DNA from: Mantamonas sphyraenae STR306
Taxonomy: Eukaryota > Protista > CRuMs
NCBI GenBank assembly: GCA_026936335.1
Contig: JAPMXV010000051.1
Location: 372,001-436,000, forward strand
DNA: 64,000 bases
Direction: 5' to 3'
The number at the start of each line of letters is the position of its first letter. Positions within the stretch are counted from its first letter, which is position 1. Made by a program: the position numbers and the translations under genes. The notes below the pieces were generated by a model that saw only the letters and a program-made list of their open reading frames with translations, made no database searches and was not told the DNA's origin. Positions 34,848 through 47,215 of the stretch are shown piece by piece.

Positions 34848-35820
34848 TCAGGTGCCTGGCCCACCGCCGCCTCCTTCCTCGTCTCCCTTCCACCACTCCG
34901 CCACCGTCGCCTGCACCTTGCCGACTGTCTTTTGCGCAATGTGCCACGTCTTCTCGGGCAGGTCTGCCTTGTATATCTTGCCAATAGCCGCCTGGCCGTC
35001 TGTAAACACCTTGGCAAACGGGTCTGTGGTTGCCGGAAGAATCGAAACGTCAGCACTCCTGCACACCACCTCCATCCAATGTACCACTTACCCAAAGGAC
35101 TCGCCAAATCCTCCTCCTCCTCCTCTAGCGTGCCCGAGAATTCCAGCAAATGATACAATCCTACCAGCTGCAGGAGACGGATGTTCATCTTCAGTTCCTC
35201 CACTTCCCTGCGGGCATCGCATTGTAGGTTAGTATCATCACAACACCGTGTGCCTATGATGCAGTCATCTCCGCAGCCCTGTGGAAAAGCCAAACTCACC
35301 CTCGCGCGTGCTCTGCCGCCAAGTTCTCGCTGCGTTCCAGCGCTTGGTGGAGGAACTGGGAATACTTCGCCCTGCGTCGTGTGGTGCCGTCAAGGCCGTC
35401 CACGTCGCCCAGTGTGTTTCCGATCATTGCTTGCAATCCCACGCTGCGTGTCAGCGGGTCTGTGTTCGAGTCCACCAAGTCTTCGCGTTTGTAAAGCGGC
35501 GGCAAGGCCTCCACCCACTTTGCCACCTCGTCCTGGTCCACCTCCGTTCCCATCTCACTCGCTTCCACCTCCTTCTCCTTCTCCCACGCCTTGATCAACT
35601 GCTCCCGACTGTACGACTCAGAGGCACCCTTCAGCCGCACAATGGACAGACCCACACACGTCGACTGGTCGTGCGACACCGACCGCGAAAACACACCCGT
35701 CTGCGTGACATGCAACCCCGAACACAGACTCGTGGTATGGTGGCTCGACGCAGGATACATTTCCACCTTCCTCTCCCCCCCCTGCTCTACATTGAGCTGT
35801 TCATTGTCCTTGTCCTCCAT
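34848..35820 (-). CDS. Hypothetical protein, 3 exons
   Basis: ORF 35296-35874 splices (GTGAGT..CAG) to EVEELKMNIRLLQLV and (GTAAGT..CAG) to DPFAKVF...EEGGGGGPGT. Confidence 0.65.
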
Positions 35821-35877
35821 CGGTTGTCGTTTGTCCACACGCGCACACAAGTGCTCATTGTGCACCACACACACACG

Positions 35878-37117
35878 TCATCCCTCCTTCACAAAGCGTG
35901 CATTGACCCACACCTTGTTCATCGAGATCTTTCGCCTGCGGTTGACCATTTCACGCACCACATACTCGCAGCTGGACGTGCGGAAGCCGGCCCCTTCAAA
36001 CAGCTCCACCACGCGCTCGGTGGAAAAGTAGAACGTGCGTGTGCCATCGCCACGCACGAAAAAGTTGTCGTCCAGCAGATGGCCCTTCTTGTAGCGCATC
36101 ATAGACAGGTCAAACACGCCGTAGTCGCGGAAGAGCAGCGACCCACCTGGTCGCAGGCTCTTGTACAACTCTCCCAGTGCATGCGCCATCTTATCCGGAT
36201 GCACCGCACTCAGAACAAAGATCATCGTCACCACATCGATGCTCTCCACCTCCACCGTCTCCTCAGGCAGTGCCTCGTCCGCCATGTTCCACACAAACGC
36301 ATCCAAACGCCCGGCCTCCCGGTATCCTTCGTACTCTTTTCGCTTCATCACACACTCCACTGCCACCTTGCTGCAGTCGCTTGCGTAGAAGTGGAACCTT
36401 GGATGCATCTTCAGTTGCGGAAACACCTGTGTTCGCCGAAATGTGAGCGCCGATGCTGGCCTCCGTCAGGTCCGCATTCTTGTTCTCCTCCACCCGCTCC
36501 CGTCTGCCTCCCATGACCTCATTCGTCCTCCAACACACAAACCTACCGTGTTTCCTGCCCCGCAGCCCACCTCCATCACGTTCACCAATCGCTCGGGCTC
36601 GTCCTGCCACAGTGTTTCGTCGCTCCCTTCAGCCAGCTCCACCCACACGTCCTGCAGGTAGTTGCGGTCTTTGAAGAACTTGTCCATATGCCTCGAGTAG
36701 AACTTGTCCCAGTTGTCCACCGCATCCTCTTCCAGTTTGCCCTGCTCCTCAGCCGTCAATGGCTCGCCGAACCCCTTGCTTGCCATCAGCTCCAAGCTCT
36801 TGGCCTCCACCTCTTCAAACGTCCTGTCATCGTTCCACGACTGCTTCATGGCTTCGTAATTCTTGGTGTGGTCCTGTACAAATTCCATTTCCTTCTTTTT
36901 GGCATCCTCATGCACCAGTCCCGCCGCCCGCAGGGCCGCACGCCTCGCTTTACGCTTTTGCCGCTTTCAACCCTACCCGGCCCAGCCGTCGCTGCCCATT
37001 CTCATCCAGATTCGAGTGTGTCTGCTGCTTGCCCTTGTCTTGTTCCTCCTCCTCCGAAGACGACGACGATTCGTCCACCAGCGGCAGGATCAATTCTTCC
37101 TCCTCGCGCTGTGTCAT
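35878..37117 (-). CDS. METTL6: tRNA m3C methyltransferase METTL6/METTL2/Trm140-like, with one frame break near 36966
   Basis: NWDKFY, FFKDRNYL, MEVGCGAGNT|VFP, IFVLSAVHP, LFRDYG, FVRGDGTRTFYF. The N-terminus MTQREEEEL needs a +1 correction at TTGAAAGCGG. Confidence 0.85.
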
Positions 37118-37146
37118 CGTGCTTGCTCAGCTTGGTGTGGCTCCAT
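37114..37146 (-). other. 10-codon mini-ORF (MEPHQAEQAR) overlapping the kinase stop (TGATG) and the METTL6-like start (ATGA)
   Basis: Minus strand GC TG-ATG GAG CCA CAC CAA GCT GAG CAA GCA CG-ATGA-CA; whether it is translated is unknown. Confidence 0.35.
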
Positions 37147-40100
37147 CAGCGCTCACTGCCTGACGACGACGAAGTGGCACGCACCTTGAGCAGGTGCTCA
37201 CTGGCTTGCATCATCAACTCTTCCACCTTGGCCTTGCGCACGGGCTTCGACGTGACCACGTCCATGCCTGCCTTGCGACACCTGCGGCGTTCTTCCTCGC
37301 CCACATTGCCCGGCACGCCCACAATAAACGTGTGGTGCTTCTGCACCTTGCGAATGGCCACTGTGGCTTCGTACCCGTCCACCAGTGGCATTTGACAATC
37401 CATGAACACCACGTCGTACATGTGGCGTTCGTACATCTCCACGGCCTCGCTCCCATTGTTTGCCACATCCACCTCGGCGTGGCCCAGCTTGTTCAGCATG
37501 GCCTTGAGTACCGATGTTGACATCGGATTATCGTCGCACACGAGCACAGACCTCACCACCTGCGTCGCGCGCACAAGATTCGACTTGGATCCTCGTCCCG
37601 CCAGCGATGACGACGACCCACTGCTGTTGCTCTGCTGCGACACAGACGCACGACGCAGCACCTCTGCCGCTGCACTTTCCAGCATGCTATCGCTGCCCAG
37701 CCGTTGGTGAAGTTGCATCAACGCATCCATCGAAGGACGACGCTGCAGCTGCTGCGGACGACTGCGCTGACAGACTGCTTGTGCTTCCCTTGTGTCCCCC
37801 GTTCATGCCCATGCCCATGCCCAATCCCATCCCTGAACTGCTCGACGACCGTGCCAGCTGCACCGTCAGCGCCCGACGCCCCAATTCAGACACCGGTCGC
37901 ATCAGCGCTTCCTCAAGAGAATCCACGTGCACCGGATGTCGCAGCTTGCTCACAAGCGGCACACTGTCCTCTCCAAACACACTCTTGCACAGCTGCAACA
38001 GATACCGTTCTACCATCTGCGGGTGCGTTCCAACACACAGAAAGTGGAACTGCGTGGGTCCCGAGTCCAACGACATCGGATCCTCCTCGCTGTCTGCAGC
38101 CTCCAGTGGTTTGCGCTGACGCACCACAGTGCGCACCCGTGTCGCATCGTCTTGTCCATCCTTTTCCTCCTCATCTTCCACCTCCACCTCCTCGTCGCTG
38201 CTGGTGTAGCTGGCCTCGGACTCTTCGTCCTCCTCCCGCTCGTCTTCCTCTTCCACGTCCTCACTCCCTTCCTCCGAGTCCTGCTTCTCCACCAATTTCT
38301 CCACACGAGCGGCCACAGCCGCCAATCTCCCCACGTTCATCGTCTTGCTGTCCATGTCGCCATGTTCCAACTCAGCTTCCGAGATCGCCTTCAGCCCGTT
38401 TGCCTCTGCTCGCGAGCCATGCTGCCCATTCTGCGGCCCCGACGACGACGCACGCTGTGCTCCGCTATTTCCCCTCGACCTGCCGATGCGATGCTCAAAC
38501 ATGTGCGGCGACACAGCCGGCGACTCCACGTGCTCGGGCGTGGCCACGACGCCAAACATGCTCAATGGATTGCTTTCCAGCCCGTACTTGGCAACAAGCG
38601 CTTGAAGTTGCTCCAACACAGCCTCGTTCAGTGGAAACTTCTCCACGAATTCCTGGTCCAGCGTCAAGAAGCAGAAGCGGTACGATGTGCCAAGGTATGC
38701 CTCCACGATGATTGCCACCAGGTCGTCCAACGACTCCAGAGTCAGCACAGAGTAGCCCCAGTCACGCATGTACAGCCCCAGCGTCTGCTGTGCACATGTG
38801 CTTGCCGTTGCATTGGCCAACAGAGACGAATGCGCAGGGATGCGCCCACCGTGAAGCAAAGACGTGGCCGCTCCACTGCTGTTTGCACTGTTCCTGTGCA
38901 ATTCCGCAACTCGCTCTTGCACAATCTGCGCCGGAGGCACCGCCACTGCGTCCAACACGACCGTAAACCAGAAGGTTGTTCCACTGCCGGGCCTGCTTTC
39001 GCACCCAATCTCGCCGCCCATCATCTCCACAATCCGTTTGCAGATGGACAGGCCCAGGCCATGCCCTCGAGCCTCCTGCTTGCTGCCCTCGATGGACACA
39101 AAAGGTGTAAACAATTTGTCCAGCTGGTTCTCCGGGATCCCCGAACCGGAGTCGATGACTTCGAACAGAATCAGAGAGCTCTCGTCCTCCAGCTGTTCCA
39201 TCTGTACACACACCATGACGTGGCCCTTGTCTGTAAACTTGATACTGTTTCCAATGAGGTTGATCAGCACTTGCTGGATGCGCCTGTTGTCGCCCATATA
39301 GTGCTGGTGCTCGTGGATCGGGATGTAGCTGGCCAGGTCCACGTTCTTGCCTGCTGCGTTGACCCACATCAGATCCAGGGTGTTCTCAATCAAGGAGCGC
39401 AGGTGGAATTCGCCCGCAGTGATGGACAGGTCGCGCACATACGTTGCGGAAAAGTCCAGGATGTCGATGACCCTGTTCAGCAGCACCGTAGACGAATTGC
39501 TGATGGTCTGCAGGTAATTCTTCTGCTCGGCCGTCAACTGCGTATCCATCATGAGGTCTGCAGACGCTTGGATGCCCTGCAAGGGTGTTTTCATGTCATG
39601 TGAAAGCACAGCCAGGTATTTGCTCTTCAGCCGGTTCGCCGTTTCCGCCTCCTCCTTGGCCAGCACCACTGCGTTACGAGTGACGCCAATCAGCAGCGTG
39701 GTCACCGACAGAGTTAGGGCAAAGAGCTGAAAGAGAAGCATGTCGGCGAGGATCAAGCCTCCTGTGGACGTGAGTGCTGCGATGAGGGCCACCGCAGTAA
39801 TGGGCACAATCACCACCGCACCCGAGGTGTGGAAGACCACGGCTGTGATGATGCAGGGCAGAAAGAGCAGGTAATTCAGCTCGTAGCGCTCGGCAATGAT
39901 GACAAGCATGACAAAGGCGACCAACATGGCAAAGACAATGATCCACGTCACGGTGCCCACATGTGCATACACGGCAGCTCCGCAGTCACTCAGCATGTTG
40001 GATGTCTGCTGTAAACATCCATTGTCCTGGTCCGCTTGTGACGAGCGCATCCCTTCGCTGTCGTTGTCGCCTGTGTCGCCGCTGTGTTCGCGTTCTGTGC

Positions 40101-41391
40101 GCACGCCACGACGCTTCAGCCAGCGGTTCTTGGCCCGCGAATGCGCTCGCGTGGCTGCGTTTGATTCCAGATCATTCCCCATGCTGTCGTCGACCGCGTT
40201 TTCGCCGTCGCGGGTGTTTACCCTCCGCCTGAACGTGAACGTGAACCAACGGCTGCCGGTGCCCGTCACGCCTCCGTCCGACGCCAGCTCGTCGTCGTCG
40301 ACACCCTGTTCGCTCGTGTTGGGATTGGAATCGTAGCAAAGGGCGGCAAACAGCGGGATGCGCTGCATGCGCGAACGTACGGCTGCCGTGGTGGCCGGTA
40401 AGAAGCGAGCGACCAGCGGCACCACCACAAGCAGGCCCAGGATGTCGCCCACAGTGAACGAAAACACAAGTGTGGTCTGGTATCCCACAGGTCCCAATTC
40501 GAGGTTGTTTGTGGCCAGGAACCCCAGGTAGGAGAGTGCCACCAGGGTGTGTGTGGCGGCAGCTGTGGCGACGAGCGCAAAGAGGTCCCGCGTGCGAAGG
40601 CTATGCAGGTTGACGTGGAAGTGCTGAGTGAGCACATGGGCCTCCAGATGATACATACACGCCTTGAGGATAGAGACCAGGAGTCGGGACCACCACGAGG
40701 TGTTGTCCACAGCCAGGACGCCAAATTGGTTGATGCATTCCAAGCCCACGGCGACGGGCAACCCGTAGGGCCCGGCGGCGAGACAGAAGAGCAGAAGCAC
40801 GGCGGCTGGCGGATACAGAGGGCTGACACGGAAGGCAACCGGGGTGGCGACCATCAGAAGGGCCACGTAGTACAGGAGGGCGGCCACGAGAAAGCGGACC
40901 AGCGACTGCGAGAGGAGGTAGGCCGGACTAGGGATGATGATGACGTTGTGTACAATGTCCACACGGGTGCCCACAAAGGTGAAAAAGCGCTGCCTGGCGT
41001 CGAGGCGCACGGTGTCGGCACAGAGGAAGGACCAGAAGGAGTGGAGATAGGGCGGCAACGAGGCGAGCGGATGCGAGCCGCCGTGGTGATGGCCTGTAGA
41101 CGACCCATGCGTGTTTGCCACGGAAGGTTGAGCCTGCAGAGCCATCGAACCGTTGCTGTTGCGTGCTTTGCTGCGTTGCACCAGCGCCGGTGAGGCTACA
41201 TGCGTGCTGCCGTGCGATCGCAGCGCGTGTGGGGTCCGCGTCGGCGATTCGGTCGCCGAGTCCTCAGTTGCCACACCGTGTAGACGCCGTATGGCAAACG
41301 TGTGGTCATCTGTGGTCAAAGACGGCCTCTTGCGAGGTGACCACTCGGGCGGTGCACCTGCAAAGTACACGCCAGGCCGAGCAGAGGACAT
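37146..41391 (-). CDS. Hybrid sensor histidine kinase: MASE1-like membrane sensor, HisKA, HATPase, C-terminal receiver (receiver in +1 frame)
   Basis: H-box LSHDMKTPLQGI, N-box QVLINLIGNSIKFT, G boxes DSGSGI and GHGLGLSI; receiver LVCDDN, VFMDCQMPLVDG, KP; MASE1-like YPPAAV, GDILGLLVVVPL, YLLFLP. No intron seen. Confidence 0.9.
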
Positions 41392-41440
41392 TTGTGTCGA
41401 TCGGCGCGAGAGCCCAGCAAACTCAACACGCGTCCCCGCC
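41392..41440. promoter_or_regulatory. Probable bidirectional promoter, histidine kinase/KIF6
   Basis: 49 bp between divergent ATGs (kinase start is uncertain). Confidence 0.45.
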
Positions 41441-44423
41441 ATGCCGAACATCAAGGTGTTTGCGCGGCTGAAGCCCACACGCAACCCGAGTCAGTTCTAT
41501 GAGGCTGCTCTGGACAGCAACAAAGTGTTCTTCAACGTGCCCAAGGAGGAGAACGGCTACGTCAACAACACGCGCGAGTCCTACGAGTTTCGCTTCAACG
41601 ACATCCTTGACATGAGTGCCACCCAAGAGGATGTGTTTGAAACCGTGTGTCGCCCTGCAGTGGAGAGGTGAGACGTGTCCCAACCACCCGCATGGCCCGC
41701 GCACAGTGGCTCGCCTGGAAATGGCGCCAACGACGGAAAAACCGTTCGCGCGACGCGCACAAACGCACGCGCACGCGACGACTGACACCTGCTTTCGTCT
41801 GGTACACAGTGCCCTCGAAGGATACAACTCCACCGTGTTTGCCTATGGTCAAACAGGCAGTGGCAAGACCTTCACCATCACAGGTGGACCTGAAAAGTAC
41901 ACGGATCGCGGGATGATCCCGCGTAGCATCGCTCTCTTCTTTGAGGAGTTTGAAAAGGTGAGTGGCGGGGAAGCGGGTGGGTGGTGGGTGGAACGCAAGT
42001 GTTGCCAGGGGACAATGGGACATGGAGAGCAGCAGTCACCACTCACGCGCTCAAAACGCCCACGCAGCGCAACGACTGCACATGGACAGTGCATATTTCG
42101 TACCTGGAATTGTACAATGGGGTGGGGTACGACTTGTTGAACCCGGACCATGAGGTGTCGGATCTGGAGGACCTGCCGTAGGTGACCAGAGGGAAAGGAC
42201 ACGGCACCACGCACACACAGAGAGAGGAGACGCTGACACGGACAAACACAAACAGCAAGGTTCGCATGATGGAAGACGACAACAATAACTACCACATGCG
42301 AAACCTGCGCACACACATGGCAAGCAACGTCGAGGACGCGTTGAATCTGCTCTTTCTGGGCGACACCAACAGGACAATTGCCGAAACACCGATGAACATG
42401 GCTTCGTCGCGTTCACATTGCATATTCACTATCTATGTGGAGTGCCGACCGCAGGGATCGGCGGTGATCCGACGCTCCAAGTTCCACTTGGTGGATCTGG
42501 CCGGTTCAGAGAGGATTGGCAAGACAAACGCAGAGGGCCAGCTGCTGAAGGAGGGTACAAGCATCAACCTGTCGCTGCACTACCTGCAAAGTGTGATTGT
42601 GGCACTGTACGAAAAGAGCAAGGGCAAGCGCGAGCACATTCCGTATCGCAGTTCGATGCTGACGTCGGTGCTGCGCGATTCGCTGGGAGGCAATTGCGTG
42701 ACGGCCATGGTGGCCACACTGAACGTAGAGGAGGAACAGCTGCGGGAGTCGATCAGCACGTGTCGCTTTGCCCAACGGGTGGGCATGATCAAGAACGACG
42801 CCAAAACGAACGAACACCTCAACCCCAAGCTTGTGATCCGCAACCTCAAGGCCGAGGTGGCACGCCTCAAGCAGGAGCTGAGCCTAGCGACGGGATCGGA
42901 CGAAAAAGGGACCGCTGACGGAGGATGAGCTTGAACAGTGCAAGCAGATGGTGCTGTCGTACTTGCAGGACACCTCCGAGGACGCCGAGTTGCTTGTAGC
43001 CGATTCGCGAAAGATCAAAGAGTGCTTTCGCCTCCTCAAAGAGCATGTGCAGAACGGAGGCGGCGTGGTGGGCGACTCGGAGGGTGGCGGGTCATCCTCG
43101 AGCGCATCGCGGGATATCACAGACGAAAAGGCGGTGCTGAAGATCAAGAAGCTGCAGGGCCAGCTGTATCAACGGGACAACGAAATCAACATTCTGGTGT
43201 CATTGTTGCAGAAGCCCAAGAGCGAGGTTGGCACGCAGACGGGCGAGGCAAGCAGCGGACACTACGACGGCCAGCAGGTGAAGCCACGCACGCTAGAAGA
43301 CTTGTCGAAGGAGCACAGCGAAGAAGATGGTGGCGAGGAGAGAGGAAGCAGTGGTAGGGGGGGCAACAGAGGAGGAGGGGGTGGATCCGGGACGGGCGGG
43401 GATGCGCGTCAGGCGGGGAACGGAGGATCGTATCCGACGCAGCAGGACTACGAAATCTCGGATGAGGTGCTTGCAGACCGAGCAAAGTCGTTTGAGTACT
43501 TCCGCAAGCAGTACGGGCAAACGAAGGGCATTGAGGAGAACAAGAAGCTGATGGAGGTGAAGTTCCGGGAAGCACGGTCGTTGGGCGAGACGGTGAGCGG
43601 TGCGCGGGCGGAAATCAACCGGCTGAAGGGACATATTGAGCAGCTGCGCATGGAGCAGGCCATGCAAGGCCTGGTGAACAAGGAGGAGGCGTCGGAAATG
43701 GATCCAGAGGAAGAGGCAGCTCGGCGAGAAATCGAGAAGCAAAAGGTGCTGTACAAGGAAAACTTCCAGAAGCTGCGCATGTACAAAGCAGAGATCGAAC
43801 ACCTGCAGAAGCTGTTGGACAAGAGCAGGATCAAGCTGCAGCGGGACTTTGAGTCATGGTACTCCATGCTGGTGCGGCAGCGCAAGATTAGCATCAACAG
43901 CGCACGGTCGAGCACAGGTGGCGGCGTAAGCAGCAGTGATGCAGGCAGCGATGTTGGCGGCTCGAGCTCGTCGCGCTGGCGTGGAAAGGGTGGCGACATC
44001 GGAGTGGACGATGACTCGGAGAGCCAGTACAGCGCACGGTCATCGTACGGCGGGTCCCAGTTTAGCAAGAGTGCGTGGACGTCGTCATCGTCGTCATCGT
44101 CGTCTTCGTCGTCATCGTCGTCATCCGCGGGAAGCAGCCGGGAGTCTGGTTATGGATTGAATTCAAGCCGGTCAGAGGCAGGGACAGTGAACAGCGTGGG
44201 AGGGGACAGCAGCCAAGGGAGCTGGGCCACAAGAGTCCACTCGACGCCACGCAGTGAGGTGACAAACGATACGGGAGCAGGGAGCAGCTCGGGATCGCTG
44301 AGTGCACGCTCAAACGCAAGCGCGCCTGTGCTGACGGGCAACCAGGAAACAGACCAGGACATTCTGGCGTTCTACGAGGCCAAGCAGAGACTGTTGGAGA
44401 GGGCCAAGGGGAGAGAGAAGTGA
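41441..44423 (+). CDS. KIF6: Kinesin-9 family motor KIF6, with one frame break near 42905
   Basis: [71 protein letters not shown]. Confidence 0.92.
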
Positions 44424-44492
44424 TTGAGGGTGAATTTTGTGGTGTGAAGCGCACGTGCGCCAAAAAGAAAGAGCCGAATTCCAGGAACGTGG

Positions 44493-47151
44493 ATGTCATC
44501 ACCTCCGAACGCACTAGTCTCGTGGTGGAAGGGACTGTTTGAGGATGATGACGACAAGCGGACCAATGTGGACAAGGTGCACGGGGTGCCTGTGAGTCCC
44601 GTGAGTCCACTCAACACCCCGGGCCAACGGGAGCAGCTCCGTAGTCAGCGACTGCTGGAACGGGAGGCACGCATGCGTGAGCAACAAGCGCAGATGGTGG
44701 CGCAGGGTGACGTGACGACAGTGTCGACAGATAGCAGCGGGGCGTCAGCAAGCGGGTGGATTCAGCCGGGGCTGCGTTACGAACTGGAGCTGAAGATCCT
44801 CGTGGTGGGAGGCAAGCGAGTGGGCAAGACATCCATTGTGCGGAGATATACCCAGGATTGTTTTACGAGCGAGTATGAACCCACTGTGGGTGTCGACTGG
44901 TTCTCCAGCCTGTTCTCGGGCGAGCAGTTTCACAGCCACAGCCACAGCCACCATCGGCCCGTCCGGTTGAACTTTTGGGACGTGTCGCACGCAGAGGTAC
45001 GAGGCAGAGCATGGGGGTGTGTTGCCTGTTGGGTATAGGAAAGCGTGTGTGTGGGACTGACACGGATGGTGTGCGTGCGTTTGTGTGTGTGTGTCGCGGT
45101 TGTTGCACAGCTGAACAGCACTCAGACCGACTTCCTTCTTCAGGGAATGCACGGAGCGATTTTGGTGTTTGACATCGCAGACAAGTCGACTGTGGAGGTG
45201 AGTGCGACATGGACGGGTGGGGCATGTGTCCACGCAGGCATGGGAAGTGCGGTGCAGTGTGGGGCTGCGGCAGTGACTGACACAGGCTGGAAACGTTGGT
45301 CCGTTTTGGCGGGAGGCGCAGGCGGTGGACCAATGGCGGGCGCTGATTGCGGAGCATTTGGAGAGGGAGAAGAAAAAGGCGGAGCGGAGGGAACGGCAAG
45401 CAGGAAAGCCAGGCGGAGGTGGCCCACAGGGGAGTCGGCTGAACCGATGGAAGCACAACACAGCGGAGATTCTGGAACCTGGAGAACAGCCGCCAATGAT
45501 TCTCCTGGCACACAAGTCTGACGAAGGCAAATCGCTGGTGAAACCCAGCGACCTGGACGAGGTGAGTTTCATGTTGTGTGTGTTGGGGATGGGTGGTGGT
45601 GGGCACACGGAGAATGGGCTGCGCAGTGGCTGACACAGGTGTGCGCAAACGCATCGCTGGGCAGTACACCAATGGCTGTGGATACCTGGGCTGGTGGCTC
45701 ACAACGGCACGGGAGGGCGACGAGGTGTTTGAATCGATCGACCATTTGGTGTGGAGCATCCTGCGTATTCGAAAGGAAAAGAAGAAGCAGCAACAGAAGC
45801 TGCTGGAGCAGAGGGAGCGAGCACGGTTGGCGCGACGGGAAAAGCGACGGGCGCAGCGGGAACGACACCTGAGGGGGGAGCGGAACAACAGCGGAAGCAA
45901 CAACAACAACAACAACAACAACAACGACGTGTCCGGAATGACAGTGGGCTCACTGGACGACACGGGAGACGTGAGTTCGGAGTGGAGCAGGGAACTGGAA
46001 CTGGAGGCAGTGCAGGAGCAGGACGAGACGCCGGTTGCGGCAGGCGACACGCTGGACGGATCGCCCTCGAGCTCAGGGTCGGCGTTTCCAGTGTCCAAAG
46101 TGGACGTGCGCTACCAAAGCATGCTGCAGAGCTCGGCGATGGCCGGATCCAAGTACAAACACGCACGGCGACTGGGCCATGGTGGCGGAGACGTGGTACG
46201 CAAGGTGAGCTTCGAAAACGGAGAGGAAGAGGAGAAGGAGGAGGAGGAGGAGGAGGAGGAGAAGGACAGGCAGCAGAAGGAGGACAATGGGGATGTACAG
46301 GATGATGGAAACGAGGGGCCCGAGACAGTGCTGGATGTGCTGGAAGGACGGGTGCATCAGTTCTACGCACGTCTGGAAGGTGACCTGCTGGGGTTCCTTG
46401 ACTGTGTGGCAGAGGAGCGCAAAGGAGACGTGCAGGTGCTGCTGGAACAGTTGCCGCAGGAGAAGAAACGGTTCCTGGAGCGGATCGAGATGGCCCGGCT
46501 GAGCAAAGGGTCGCGCCGGACGAGTGCTGCGCAACGGCTGTTTGCAGACCTGACACGCAAGTGGAAGAGTGTGGTGCGCAACCTGGACATGGAGGTGGGG
46601 TTGGCAAGCCAGGGAGGCGTCGGAGCGGACGGAATGTCGACGATGGGGGCCATCAACGAACGTGGTGAATACGGCGAGGCGTTGCCGTACGGCAGTTCCC
46701 CCTCGAAGGGCAGTGGTGCACGGGTGCGAGACCGCTCGGCATTGGTCAAGGCAGAAAGCTGGAAGCAGGGGTGGCCATTCCCGGCGCACGGGTGGGTGAC
46801 GAAGCGGGAACGGGTGGCGGCAGCGAGGTGGACACGACATCGCAGGGGTCGACCGTGAGTGAGTCGTCGTCGTCAAGTGTGTCTGCAGTGTCGTTTTCAA
46901 CCTGGTCCATGGATGACAGCGTGAACAACGATTCGTTCAGCGGGTCGCAGAGTAGCTCGTTTGCAAGCAAACCCATCCTGGTGAGCAGTGTGCTGAGCAG
47001 TCCGTCCAAGGGTAGCAGCACAGGCACAGGACCAGGCACTGGCGGCAGCTACGGCAGCAGCCAGCCGAGCAGTGGCTCCCTTGGCTTTCGCTTCCGCTCG
47101 GCGAAAACGCTGTCGTCGTTTGTGGGCAACGAGAGCCAAGGATTGAGGTGA
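44493..47151 (+). CDS. Atypical large Rab-like GTPase (Rab32/38/29-like core) with coiled-coil and low-complexity tail; frame break near 46715
   Basis: KILVVGGKRVGKTS, YEPTVGVD, degenerate G3 WDVSHAE, LLAHKSD, GWWLTTAR; three introns. Confidence 0.72.
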
Positions 47152-47215
47152 ATCGCATCATGAACTCTGCCAGAATGACTGTACATTCCACTATTTTCAC
47201 TCTTCACTCTCGTTG

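Noticed and set aside
35821-35881. ATGA overlap at the METTL6-like stop opening MTCVCGAQ
   Set aside because: It does not lead into the frame of the next gene; an A before TGA is common by chance.
37146-41391. Bacterial contamination or chimeric contig at the histidine kinase
   Set aside because: Tightly flanked by spliced eukaryotic genes, with similar composition and eukaryote-style low-complexity inserts.
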